Positions 50,839 to 63,479 of a stretch of DNA of 64,000 nt are shown piece after piece. Both the position numbers and the translations under genes were made by a program. The stretch comes from Lama glama (lineage: Eukaryota): the NCBI GenBank assembly GCA_028534125.1, contig CM052816.1, forward strand, positions 3,164,001 to 3,228,000, read 5' to 3'. The notes below the pieces were generated by a model, which worked only from the letters and a program-made list of their open reading frames with translations, did not search any database and was not told where the DNA came from. Position 1 is the stretch's first letter. Each line of letters starts with the position of its first letter.

Positions 50839-53076
50839 GTGAGACCAGGTGTGTACTTGTGGGAAAGGTGCCGGCGCCGTAGAGGAGCTCACACCTGACT
50901 TGCCTCTGGCTGGACTGGCCGCCTCACTGCTTCTGGGAGGCAGGCAGTGCTGAAGAGGCTCGGTGGTCACGACAAGGCTGTCAGCGACGTGGGCTTAACC
51001 AAGTAACCCGGCTTGTTTGGGTTGCTGTTTTGTTTTAAATGTACAAAACAGAGGCGTTGGCCTAAGTCATGGCTTCTGATTATTTTTGTTCTTCTGGTGG
51101 ACTCTCTTCTCCGATGTCTAATTTGAAAGCCTGGTGAAGAACAGACTCCTCTGAGCTGAAGCAGCGGTGGGGACCCAGAGTGCTGTTCTCTGACCCCTGC
51201 CCCTCACCCCTGCCTTAAAAGTTGAGGAATGGGTTGTTTGGGGCCAGTCTGTGCAGTCTCCGTCTGTTCAGACCATTCTGAAATTACTTGGCTCTGTCTC
51301 TTAGAAAAGCCGTGCAGGTGGTTCACTTTGCCAGGGCAGTCTCTTAAACATGCTCTTAGGAAGTCCCCAAATGCTTGAATTTTACTGGAATAGGCTGGTC
51401 TGGGACTTGGAAATACTTTGTCTTTAGGATAGAGTACAAAATGCAGTAGCACAGGTAACTGAGATTAACAGTAGCTTCTTGATGGACTAGTAGTAAATAG
51501 TTTTTAAAAAGTAGATTATAATGAATGGGGGATCTCAAATCTCTTTGAGAAGCTGATCACATTTATTGTACAATTTCAGGGCACTCAAAAAATTTCTGAA
51601 GCCTGTTAGGGATCCCCAGTCTAAAGGGGAAATCATTTTTTCCCTAAACACTAGAGGATCAGGAAGAGATCTCAAATATTTTTTAGGGATTTACAAGCAA
51701 ATCTGGTAGTGTTCTGAAGTCACTGGATGGACCGGTCTATGCCCTTTGTTTTCGTTCTGCCCTAGATGACTCTGGAAACGCCGGCCAGTGACAGGCGAAA
51801 GTCAAACCCTGGCATTTCCTGGAAGGAAGGACCCCAGGGACACAGTCCAGTCCTCTCTCTGGCCCTTGACTCACTGAGCAATAACACCTAAATGATCGCA
51901 CAACCCAAACACGCAACATCTGGGAAAACAAGAAAAGCTCGTTTCCCTGGGGGTACACGGGAGGCAGCCTGTTATCACCCATGTGACGTCTATTGTTCTG
52001 GAGCCCCTGCAGGTGGGAGACTTGGCTGGGTCTCCCCTCTGTGCACTCTGCAGCTGGTCTGGATGATAGAACCAGGGGTGCTGGTGAGAAGTGGAAAGAG
52101 AGAAACATTAGCAAACCCCAGCCCTCACTGGCAGCCCCCAGCCTTGCTGGCTGGTCTCTTTTGTGAAGCAGTCTTGGTTCTCTCATCTCCAGCTGAGCTT
52201 AGTCACTCCCGGCTGGGGTGAGAGAAGGCGACCCCTCTTCTCTGAGGCATGCTGACCCAGCTCCTTGAACTGAACTATTACTGAACTAAAACTGGAATGA
52301 ACTGCACTGATTTGCTGAATCAGGAACCCAATCCAAAATGTTTTTTTCTTAACTGTGAAAAAGTCAAGTTTTAGTCCTCCAAAAGCTCCCTAGTGAATGA
52401 AGCAAGTTCAAATTGGGATCCAAACCTTTTATTTTCTGGAATGACTGACCTGGCACAAAAAAGGAAAATCAAAATTTCCATTGAAATCAACCGATAACTC
52501 TGCTGAATCCAGAGCCCGCTTACACCCCAGATTTTTGGGGGCAAGTTGATTCTCTGAATGTGTAAATGCGGCAGCCCTCGAGCAGTGTCGGGTCATGAGC
52601 AGGCTCTGAGGTCTGATGATCCGGGCCCTAATCCTGACTCCACCATCTTCCTGCTGAGACTCGGGCAAGTTACTGAATTTCTCTAAGCCTCATGCTTAAT
52701 GCATAGGAAGTGCTCGAGAAACATTGGTGCTACGATTGTTATTCTTACCTAGAGCAGTACCTGCCCCTTGTGGATTAAGACAGCATCTCTTGTTTACACG
52801 ACCGAGGTTTACCTGCAACTTCCTTTTTTAAGTTACTGCCCCTGTGTTCTCCAAGGTAGGCAAAGAATTCCTTGTCCCTAGGCCTTCCGGTACCTCCCTC
52901 AGGATGCCCCTCTTCTGAGAAATGTGACTAGCAACACCTGTTCCCTCCCCGCCTTGGAGGCACGCAGAGAAGAGAAATCTGGTGCCTGTGCTCCGAGCAC
53001 TTAGGTTCGGAAGGGGCTCATGAATCTCAGGTAGTGCTGACAGATGATGCTGTGGCTTTTCTGTGTGTGTTTTCAG

Positions 53077-53243
53077 TTTTACCGATCCTTGAATATCCGG
53101 ATTGCTCTCGTGGGCTTGGAAGTGTGGACTCATGGGAATCTGTGTGAAGTTTCGGAAAACCCGTACTCCACCCTCTGGTCATTTCTTAGCTGGAGGCGCA
53201 AGCTGCTCACCCACAAGAACCATGACAATGCACAGCTAATCAC
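53077..53243 (+). CDS. ADAM19: ADAM19 exon 9 (FYRSLNIRIALVGLEVWT...HDNAQLIT)
   Basis: tttcag| acceptor, AC|gtgagt donor, 167 nt; HDNAQL reprolysin motif. Confidence 0.98.
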
Positions 53244-55145
53244 GTGAGTAGTCTTCTACTTATGCATCACCTTGGCCTTGGCTGCAGAGCCCCTGCCCGC
53301 AGCGTGTGTGTTGTATTGTCCGCCCCTTTCTCCCCAGTGCTGAGCATTGGCTGAACTAAGCCATCCGGACTCTCCAGTCCAGGTAACCAAGTATTTCTCA
53401 GGCATGTGCTCTGTACCCAGTATATCCAGGAAAATATTTGAAAAGCCTGATTCATAACGACCCCAAGAAGTATTTACAACCTAGATGAGAAAATCAGTTG
53501 AGCATCTGGAACTAGGGGGTGTGTATTGCGGCAGTGACTGACTGTTGGTCGTGGCCACTTTGCAACAGGCTTTCTGAAGGGCTCACCTGGATCTTCGTGG
53601 CTCTGTGCCCTTCCCAGTACAGGAGTTAATCTCCCAAAACAGGCACAGCAGAGGGGCCTCCCCACCTTGTCCTTCATTTCATCCCCACGGGCTCAGGGCT
53701 GAGTGTGAAACAGAGTGGCAGGTGGTCCAGGAACCGTGTGTTAGAGGGGAGGGAGGCGTGGGGGGAGAGAGAGGCTGTGCTGGAGCTTCTTCAACCCCAG
53801 AGGAAAAAGAACAGAAACTGATGGGGGTCCTGGTGGCTTGTGACAGTTCCCCCAAGGTGGTTATCTATCTGGTGTTTATTAGTGTTGTAATACCTTCCAA
53901 AGATATTCTGAGGAAGTTACAACAAGAGGCACATACATAATAAAACCAGTTTTTTTCCTGTTCCCTAAATACTCTCTGCAACAACAATCGGTTAAACCTT
54001 TGTTTACTATTTAAAAGGTCCTGGGAAAACAGCTATACCAAAAACCTGGGCTGTGAGTGTTTACCTGATGATAAAGCAGTCACCTAGGAAGAGTCTTTGG
54101 TTGCCAAAACTTTTGGCCTGAACTTTGAAAGCCTGGTGTCCTGCTTTGGGCAAGACCTTGAATCCAGTTTCCAGTAGGACTTCCTCAGAGCCATGTCTAA
54201 GATGGTAAAATAACCAGTAGGGCTTCACAGAGACTTGCATATATTTTGTATATTTTCTTGCACATTGTTTCTCTGAAGATAAGTCTGCTTTGACTACAGC
54301 AAAGCACCCACTATGTGTCTGATTCTATGCTGAATTCTCATGACGCCAAGTTAAGTTAGTCTCAGCTCTCTAAGATATCATAGGACCAATACGGAAATAT
54401 AAAAGCACGATGTAATGAATTTCCTTGTAGCTCCTTTAAATAAATCTCATGTTTGCGTCATGCAGGGCAACACCGGTATTATATACATTCCTCAGATGTA
54501 TACAGCTGAGAAAGGGGCGTACAAACTGAGGGAAGGTAGCTGGCTGTTGGCAGATTTGGATCACAATTGCAAAACAAAGGCTGAAACCGGTCATTCTTGC
54601 ACCCAGCTGCACTTTGTGAGGGTCCTGATGGGACACATCTGTTTCCTTGGCCCCGAAGTGATGGAAGAATGAAGCATCAGCCCCCACAGCTGCTGCCCCA
54701 GTCTCCCCGGCCCCTGCACATACCACCGAGCCAGGGACGTGGCGTGGGAGCCTGGCAGCTGGCGGAAGTGGGCATGATTCACTTCAGCATCAGAACCTGT
54801 GCCACGCTTCCCCTTCCCCACCCTCTGACCTCTTCCTCTGCAGCAGGACTGGGGCGCAGCTTTGCAAGCCCTGCCCATTTCCTTCCAGGAAATAGGGCTA
54901 TGGGCATATTGTGGGAAGAGGTGACCTTCCGCCCTCTCTTCTGTTTCTCTGGAGTGGTGAGAGAGCAGGTGAGAGGAAGTGAGAGGTGTGGTCACCTGGA
55001 GTGTGTCCCTTTGGCCTAGAATACCAGGACCTCTCCCCTTGGGAGCAATCGGGAGTGTCGGCAGGGTCTTGGCCACCCGCTCCTGGGCACGTAGGGACAG
55101 CCCTCCCAGCCCCCACCCCAGGCACCCTGTCCTTCTCTCCTGCAG

Positions 55146-55230
55146 GGGCATGTCCTTCCACGGCACCACCATCGGCCTGGCACCCCTCATGGCCATGTGC
55201 TCCGTGTACCAGTCTGGAGGAGTCAACATG
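55146..55230 (+). CDS. ADAM19: ADAM19 exon 10 (GMSFHGTTIGLAPLMAMCSVYQSGGVNM)
   Basis: ctgcag| acceptor, ATG|gtgagt donor, 85 nt. Confidence 0.98.
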
Positions 55231-55907
55231 GTGAGTCTCAGCCAATGTATTGATGCTGCAGAAGCTGGAAAATTGCCTCACAAGACAGGAGGTCATCTTC
55301 TAAAAAATAATTTTATAGTAATTATTTCAGGAAAAAAGAAGCTTGGGCAGTTGTTTAAAATGAAGGCATTAAGTTCTAAGACATGAGGTACCCAGAGGTG
55401 GATTTTCATTTATTATAAACTATCCCCAGTTTTCAAACTCAGGAGATCCCCGAAGCAATTACAATTAGTAGTGCATCACTAGATCTCTCACATGTTCCAG
55501 ACCAGGGGCTGGAGAATTGTCAGATACAGAGATAAAATTTCTTTTTTTATTCTACGTCTTGTGTTGTTACACATATCTTTATGGAATGAGAGCCTTTTTC
55601 AAAGTCATCGTTATGACATGACTGCCTTCTTTGGAAATTCTCTCTGACTTTGTGAGAACATTTGGACTATTTGTCCTAACCTGTGAAGCAGATCTCAAGG
55701 AGGCTGCTGTCTGTCTGTCTGTCCACCCCTCTATCCGCCCCATATTCACTGACAGACACAGCAGACTAGTTAAGAGCACGGGCTATTATGACTGAGCCTG
55801 TCTATACAGCGATCGTGTAATCAGTGGAGACCTGTGAGGCTTGGCTGAAGAAAAGGCAGGATTAGAAGAAGGGAGCTGTCCTTGACCCGAGCTCTCTCCC
55901 TGAGCAG

Positions 55908-56047
55908 GACCACTCCGAGAATGCCATTGGCGTGGCTGCCACCATGGCCCACGAGATGGGCCACAACTTCGGCATGAGCCACGATTCTGCGGATTGCTGC
56001 TCAGCCAGTGCAGCTGACGGTGGGTGCATCATGGCAGCCGCCACCGG
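55908..56047 (+). CDS. ADAM19: ADAM19 exon 11: zinc-binding site [12 protein letters not shown] (55950-55985) and Met-turn CIM
   Basis: gagcag| acceptor, GG|gtgagt donor, 140 nt; intact HExxHxxGxxH metzincin motif, so catalytic activity is predicted. Confidence 0.98.
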
Positions 56048-57773
56048 GTGAGTCGAGCAGGAGGGTGAGGGCGGGGAGGAGGGCAGAGCACAGGGGCCAG
56101 TGCCACCCTAGTGTTGTTCCCGGCCGGCCCACGGAGCCTCTGTTATACTTTGGGGTAGGGGTGAGGGGCTCAAAGAGAAAGGGCTTTTGACAACAAAGAC
56201 ACTGGAAGAAGATTGAGAAAGCACATGTGGTTTCTAGCAGGAAAACCTTGGTGTGGTGGAACTTCAAGTAGACTTAATTTCTGCCTTGCAGGCGGTCTAC
56301 AGCTATAAAACTGGCCTGATTACATATGTCTTTTCATGAGTTTTTGCTGAGGACCCATTTTGATAACAGCTGCAACCCTTAATCCCTCTGTCCCAAGGGA
56401 GCATGGTCGGTGCTGTTACGTCCCAGGCTTGGCTGAAAGCGGTGATTCAGTCTCCTGAACAAGGGAAAGGAAGGGAGCATCCACTCACCCCACAGTGACT
56501 CCTCAGGGAATTTCCAGGCTGCGTTGACCACAGGGAACAAGGACAAGACAGCTGCACCTCCCTGGAGTTGTGAGGGGTCTTTAAATAAGAGCCCTTCCAG
56601 GAGAATTCTGGAGTTTCTTCAAAGGACTTAAATATTGAGTGTCTAGACTCAAACGACAGAGAACACTGGGTTCCTCTGGTGGTACCCAAGTCTCTCTTTG
56701 GAAGGCATCGCGCTGGGAGCTTGTGTTCCCCTGACCCCACACCCTGAGGGCCTGCATGCTTCTTAGGGAATGGTGTTTCCGTGTCTCCAAGAGGAGGTGC
56801 AGCTTTCTTGGAGCTCCAGTGTCCAGTGTTTTCTCCTCACTTCTGGGCTGTGACCCACAAAGGATGACGTTGACATGCAGGATATGAGTCATGTTCAAAT
56901 CCTTATGAGCTCACCGTTAAGACCACCCCTTTCTCTCCCAATCTAGAAAGGATATTTCGAGACTAAGGGTTGAGAGAAGTATATTAATTACTACTCCAAT
57001 TTGTGTTTAAGCTATTCACAACTTTTAGTAATTTAACAATGATCAGTTAGCAAATTCCTTGTGAATACCTGACAACTGAAGGAAACCCTCCGGTGTTTAA
57101 CTTTAAGTTGGTTTAGAAAATTGGAATCAGGATAACTCTTCCTCTGTAGACCCAGGTGGTGGTATTGACCAGCCACTAGGGAGTGTATGACTTTTGATTC
57201 CTTTTCCCAGTAGTGGAATCCAGGACCTCTCAGACTCTTGTGATAAGGACCGTGTGTTTGTGAGTTAGCTGGTTGAGTTTGGAGTGCTGCCTGCATCCTT
57301 AGAACAGAGATCAGATCACTGGCCCAACAGAGAAATTAAACCTACGAACTTGGCCTTTTTTGGCCTGGTCTTCTGTTCCAAGAAAATCCTCCATCTAATA
57401 TCAGCTTCAGGAAAAGTTTGGGTTGGCTGGAATTGTATTCAGCTCCAAGGCTCGAGTGACCTATTATAACACACTCATTATCCTTTATTTATTTCAACCC
57501 CTTCATGAAAAGGGCTGAAGTTGTTGCTTTGGATTTGCAAATAAATCCTCCATTCAGAGTGAGGTGGGGGGAAAGCATTATGGGGTGATTAATATTTCTT
57601 AATTCTTAGAAAGTTAAGGTTGCGGGTGGTGTTCTAAGGAGGCAGAATGTACGTGCGTGGGACTATGGGAGCCTGAGTCCCCAGCTGGCTTCAGCCTCAT
57701 GGGCAGCAGGATTGACGCTGTTCTGGCTGCTTGATGTGCAGACTCTCAGCTAATTCCAACCTTGTTCTACCAG

Positions 57774-57951
57774 GCACCCCTTTCCCAGAGTGTTCAACGG
57801 GTGCAACAGGAAGGAGCTGGACAGGTATCTGCAGTCAGGCGGTGGGATGTGTCTCTCCAACATGCCGGACACCAGGACGCTGTATGGAGGCCGGAGATGT
57901 GGGAATGGGTACCTGGAAGATGGGGAAGAGTGTGACTGTGGGGAGGAAGAG
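57774..57951 (+). CDS. ADAM19: ADAM19 exon 12 (HPFPRVFNGCNRKELDRYLQSGGGMCLSNMPD...CGNGYLEDGEECDCGEEE): end of protease domain, start of disintegrin domain
   Basis: accag| acceptor, GAG|gtaag donor, 178 nt; CGNG...GEECDCG motif. Confidence 0.98.
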
Positions 57952-59355
57952 GTAAGGTGTCATGGTGGTGCTAGTGGGAAGGGAAGAATTTGCATTTGGT
58001 TTCAAATCTCAAGGTCAAAGAGAAGGCAGTTGAAAATTTCTTAGTCATAGGTGTTTCCTGCACACACGTGGCTACCAAGGACCCCATCACAAATAAGAGG
58101 TGGGGAGGAAGCCTTAAATACCGACCATTTTCTGTAGACTCTTCCAGTTTGAGTTTGACACTGTTTGTGTCCAAATCAGGGTGGAGTTCTTGTGAGTTTC
58201 TGGTCTACCCAGAAACCACAGTCTTCACCAGCGGAGCTACAGATGGCCTCGCCAGCCCTCCAGCTGCACTGGGTTTATTCAGAAAGCCATGCGGCCGGAT
58301 ATATGAACTTGAACCTGGACCTTATGAGGATGCTTAAAATAACAAGCTCATGCTGTTTGGCCTGGAGAAGAGATGATTGGAAGGGGGTGTAGGAAGTCCT
58401 GTCAAGTCTGAAGCGGCTTCTGGGAGGAAGAAGGAGCAGGCCTGCTGGTGTGCATGCTCTTTCCTCCCTCTGATCTTCAGAATGAGCGTGGTCGGCATAC
58501 ACGGCACAGCGCTGTCATTTCTAACAGATGCTTGTGTTCGGCAGAAAGCAGAACTGGTTAGTTTCATATCCATTTTTGAAGGATGAAAATATGATTGTTA
58601 ACATACGCAGAACAATTTGTGGGAAATACATGAGTATTCTCTGTGTGTTTGTAGTAAACTATGAGGGTGAGACTGAGGATCTGTATGTGGGAGAAAAGAC
58701 TTTATCTCCTGTATGGTTTGATTTTCCTTTTTAATACCAGCACGTCACTTTCATAATAAAACAAGAACTAGTTAAATGCTCACCACCCCCACCACCATGA
58801 GTTCAGAGAGATCATCCCAGGCCCTTGAGAAAGCAGAGAGCTGTGTCACCACGGAGGGCCCGGTGGGCCTGAGGAGCAGCCTGTGGGTGGGCTTGGCCAC
58901 TCGACATATATTCAGAACAGCTTCTCATTCAACAAGTATTTATTGAGTATGCAGTTCTATGTCGTGTGCCAGGGATAAGAAAATGGATAGCTAGCAAAAA
59001 TAGATGTGATCCCTGTCCTCAAGGAGTGTAGAGTCCAGTGGGGGAAACATACATTGACCAAATAATTGCAAAAATGTGTAAACAGAATTGTGGTAAGGGC
59101 TAGGAGGGCCAATGACATGATGCTAGGAGTGTGTGTGCTGTGAGGGGAGCTGCCCTCATCAGGTGGGAGTGTGAGCTCAGACCCCACATCCGAAGGCTCA
59201 GCTAGGCGCTAGCCAGGAGCGCAGGAGGGAAGGCATGCCTTGAGGTGGGAGGAGACGTGGTGTGTCAGAGGGGAAGGGACACAGGTCTGCCTGGAGCCCA
59301 GGGTGGTGGAAGATTCATGGAGAGAAAGTGCTCTTGTTCCTGCTCGGAGGGGCAG

Positions 59356-59431
59356 ACAGATGGATGAGTATCTCTGGTCCGGCGGTGGCATGTGTCTCTC
59401 CAACATGCCAGACCTGGACAGCGATGGTTAA
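59356..59431 (+). pseudogene. Decayed partial duplicate of ADAM19 exon 12 (pseudo-exon) in intron 12
   Basis: 59358-59413 aligns without gaps to 57815-57870 at 46/56 nt by hand count; translates QMDEYLWSGGGMCLSNMPD versus ELDRYLQSGGGMCLSNMPD. Confidence 0.85.
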
Positions 59432-60419
59432 GATGTGCATGAGGAGCATGGGGTGGGCCCCAGGCAGACATGGCTTGAGTTCAGCTCCCACCCGTGGCAG
59501 GTGTGTGCCTCCACCAGCCCCTGGGCTTGTCTGAGCCGCGGTTTCCCCTTGTGTGGAATGGGCAGCATCTTGCCTGGGATGCCTGCTGGGCTGGGCCCAG
59601 GCGTGGAGCCAGCACGTTGTCCAGAAGTGCTTAATCGGTGGGCCTGTGACTAGAGCAGGAGTGTGATAAGGGTGCTCTGAGTCACGGGGCATCTCATCAC
59701 CTTTTTGAATCTCATGCTGTGTGTCAGCAAGGCAGGAAGGAAGAGAGGAGAGCATGGAGCCCCTAGAGAAAGGTCCAGGCCGGCGAGGGTTGAGGAGGAG
59801 CCAGAGATGGTGAGAGAAGCCTAGGGAAGCAGGCCCGGGAGCTGACATAATCCGACTGTTCACAGATTGTTGTAGCGTTGCCTTACTCCCAGCGGCCTCT
59901 TTCTATGGGATAATAAGGCTTGGGAGTGTTGGGGGGCAGGGAGGGCAGCAGTACAAGACAGTCTCTGGGTGTTCTGCTGGGAATAAGAAAAGCAGATCCC
60001 AGAATTTCCCTGTAATGTAATACTATGCTGAGAATCATGTTTCAGAGGAATTCATGATTACAAAGAGAAACGAGTATATCGTATTAAGTCAAAAAGCAGT
60101 AGGGACACTATGATACTGTAAAACAAGGATATGTCGATTTAGGTGTACAGGAAAAATGCCTAGAGGGACAGTCACAATCAAAATGCAGTTGTGCCTAAGC
60201 TGTGTGTTACCGATGATGGTGCATGTGTATATTTTCTGCAGTATGTACACATTACCTTACTGATAAAGCTGTAAGGAGTTTTTTGGTAAAGACTTCCCGG
60301 GGAGCTGGGGCTCCAGGGGCATGTGGGGCAGGGTAGGGGGAAAGGCCCTCACCCTGCCTAGTCTCCTGTCTCCTGCCCTGCTGCCCAGAGGCTCACGCCC
60401 CCTCCCACTGCCCCCGCAG

Positions 60420-60509
60420 GAATGTGATAACCCCTGCTGCAATGCCTCTAACTGCACCCTGAGAGAGGGGGCGGAGTGTGCCCACGGCTCCTGCTGTCAC
60501 CGCTGTAAG
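60420..60509 (+). CDS. ADAM19: ADAM19 exon 13 ([30 protein letters not shown]), disintegrin domain
   Basis: ccgcag| acceptor, AAG|gtaagt donor, 90 nt; disintegrin cysteine spacing. Confidence 0.98.
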
Positions 60510-61059
60510 GTAAGTGGCCCTTTCCCCCTGCCCAGGGTTCTGACCTGACAGTCCAAGGCGCTGCTGGGGGGTGATGGCCAGGATTCAGCCTCTATCCTGG
60601 GGGAGTGATGGCATCAAAGTTTCAGAACCATGGGGCTGGAAAGGCCCCTTGAACAAAGTGTACATATTCTATACCAGCCTCACTGAGGTCGAATAATCCG
60701 AGGGCTGTGTGTGCCTCCTGGAAGACGGGAGATTAAAAAAAAAATGTGCCCAAAGAGAGTTGGCTTGATTTTATTTCTAGCTCATACTAATCATCATTAC
60801 AATTTTGATTAACACTAATGGATTGCTTGCTCATTAGTTAGAGAATTTTGTATATGTTATCTTACCCAATCCTTATGAAAGCTCCCGGAAATGTACATTA
60901 ATATCCTCAGTTAAGATGAGGAAACGGGCTCAGAGGGGATAAGTGCCTTCTCCGGGATCTCACAGCCAGTAAGGGACTAACCCAGGTTTCCCTGACTCTG
61001 GAGCCCACACTCTTAACATTTGAGGGGAAAGACATTACTTCTTTCACTACTCATATTAC

Positions 61060-61415
61060 TGTAGGCCTGCACTCTCTTATCTACGATTGTGAAATTTCAG
61101 AAAGTTCAAAAAGCAAAAATTTCTTTTAACTCATTTGGTGGCAAAGTTTGACCTGAATTGATCTGAGACTAATTATAGTCTGTTAAAGGAAATCACACCT
61201 ATAGTGAATGTTATATTTCATTGCAGACATTTTAATGTGCTTGATTATAAAGTATAATCCTAGGCCTTGCTGGGGGGTTATGTAACATACACATGTAATG
61301 TATATGTATGTATATATATATACACATATGTGTGTACATCTGTGCGATGTCTGCTTTCTTTTAAATCTGAAGTCTGAGGCCCATCTGGCCCCAAGCTTTG
61401 GGTGGGACTGGGGAC
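61060..61415. mobile_element. Probable Tigger-type DNA transposon remnant
   Basis: ctcttatc...gaaattt start and ctgaagtctgag...tctggccccaagc end resemble MER46C-like termini; subfamily uncertain. Confidence 0.4.
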
Positions 61416-62870
61416 TATGCTTCCACCTACCACTTGCTGAGTGCTTAATTCATTCTGGATACCGTTCCAGTGCGTTATTAGAACATGCCTTCTAGCAACC
61501 CCATGAGAGGGTTATTATCCTGACTTTATGGGTACATGAACACAGGTCCCACTGCTAGTTAGGGAGCTGGGATTTGAACCCAGGCAGGCCAGCTCCAGGG
61601 TGGATCCTCCTCTTCTGCATCCTGCTCTCGGGTGGAGGGCTGCGTCCTGCAGCTTCCTCCTCCACACGTGGCCCACAGCCACCCTTGCACTGAGGCTCCG
61701 TGCTTTCGGCAAGCTGCTGGGCCGGCCCCTTGTCGCCTTCTCTCCTGGGAGAGATAGTCACAGTCCTGGTGTGGAGTCACCCAGGAGCCGGGACGGGTGC
61801 TATTCTCACACGTAGCTCTCCTTGCCTGGCCCAGGGGAACTCGCATGCAGTCTGGTTTGACTCTGGGATGGACCCAGCGGTCCCCAGGGAGACTGGGCTG
61901 GGTCAGGTCCTCCAAGTCTTGGGCTAAGGCCTGAGAATGAGCGTGGAGAACGCCCATCTCAGTGCCAGGATTTCAACTTGGGTCTTGGAAAGGAGTCCCT
62001 GGAGAGAAGTGTGTGGGGAAAGATAGGCTTGGAGTCTGAGACCTTCAGTTCAAGCCCTGGTGTGTGATTTGGGGCAGCCTGTTACCCATCTGAGCCTGGG
62101 TTCTTTATCTGTAAGAGGGGAAGAGCACTAATAACACTGAGCACCCAGGGAGGCTGGAGGACTCAAGTGAAAACTCAGCCTTTACCAGTTGCCTGAGGTA
62201 TGCTGTTGGTCAGGTAACTTCATCTGCAGACTAAGGCAGGTGGCAGTACCTGTCTCATGGATACTGCGAGGGTCTCATGAGATGAGTAGGTGTAACACTC
62301 TTAGCCTGGTGCTTGGCTCAGTATTGGGGATGTATTATGGCTAGAGTGCTTTGTAAATGTGAAGATGTATGAATACTAGTTTGCATGTGTGTGTATATCT
62401 GTATGTGTATATTAGTGGGCCTGGCTCTTCAGCCACTTTCAAACCATGAGACTTTGGAGACGTTTCTTACCCTCTTCTGCCTCAGGTTCCATCGCCTGTA
62501 AAGTAGGGATAATTCTATTACATAGGACTGTCGTGAAGACTAAAAGAAGTGACACATGTACTGGGCACTTAAGTGGGCAGGCCATATTACTAAAGCATGC
62601 AGGAAACTAAGTTGTTGCATAAATATTATTTCTTACCTACTTCTTAAGACTGTGAAGAGTTCGTATTTGTGAAAACATCTTGAAACTCCAAGTCACTATT
62701 CATACCAGAAGATTGATGGTGGTTTGAGCTAATGAGGTTATGTAAAAAGCACTCTGAAATAATGGTAACGGGAAGTTCAGTTCCACAAGACTGATGCTCC
62801 TGGACTTTTGCTGGGAGGGCTGAGGGCAGATGGGAGACTGACTTTTTTCCCCTCTCATTCCTCGACTCAG

Positions 62871-63066
62871 CTGCTAGCCCCCGGCACGCTGTGCCGTGAG
62901 CAGGCACGGCAGTGCGACCTGCCAGAGTTCTGTACGGGCAAGTCCGCCCATTGCCCCACCAACTTCTACCAGATGGACGGCACCCCTTGCGAGGGCGGCC
63001 AGGCCTACTGCTACAATGGCATGTGCCTCACCTACCAGGAGCAGTGCCAGCAGCTGTGGGGTCCTG
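62871..63066 (+). CDS. ADAM19: ADAM19 exon 14 (LLAPGTLCREQARQCDLPEFCTG...CQQLWGP): disintegrin loop and start of Cys-rich domain; gene continues past the window
   Basis: ctcag| acceptor, G|gtaagt donor, 196 nt; CDLPEFC disintegrin motif. Confidence 0.98.
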
Positions 63067-63479
63067 GTAAGTCTCTCCTGGTGGGCAACGACCCTCCTCC
63101 TGCCCCCTGCCTCCCATCCTGCCTTCCTGTTCAGGCACTCAGGGTAGCTTAGATCCTGGCTTCAAAACAGCATCTCCAGATACTACCTTTCTTCATCTCC
63201 TTGACTCAGGGTAGATTTTCAGGGGGAGGCAGTAGACAGTGTTCTTCCCAGTTCCTTGATGCTTTAAATTCTCAGAGTGGGTGAATGGATAAGAATAATC
63301 CAACAAAAATGGGCAGGGGATGGAGGCAGAAAAGGAAATGCAAATGGCCCTTAAGCTGTGAGCAAACTATAACTACTGTGAGATGGGATTTCTTCGTGTA
63401 TTATATTGGCAGAGACTGAATGAAGAATTAATATAATAAGGTAATGATAATAATACTATAACAACAAGAACAATAATAA

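Noticed and set aside
52265..52411. Degenerate (tgaac)n run with a 7-bp inverted match ttgaact/agttcaa
   Set aside because: Too short and degenerate to support a call; may be an old transposon remnant or chance.
54591..55229. 212-aa antisense ORF overlapping exon 10
   Set aside because: GC-rich shadow ORF with no recognisable homology.
640..62600. Many short MIR and L2 fragments across the window (for example ~640-860, 3230-3540, 10530-10760, 25640-25790, 29660-29900)
   Set aside because: Recognisable but ordinary, and I cannot set reliable boundaries without RepeatMasker, so they are not listed one by one.
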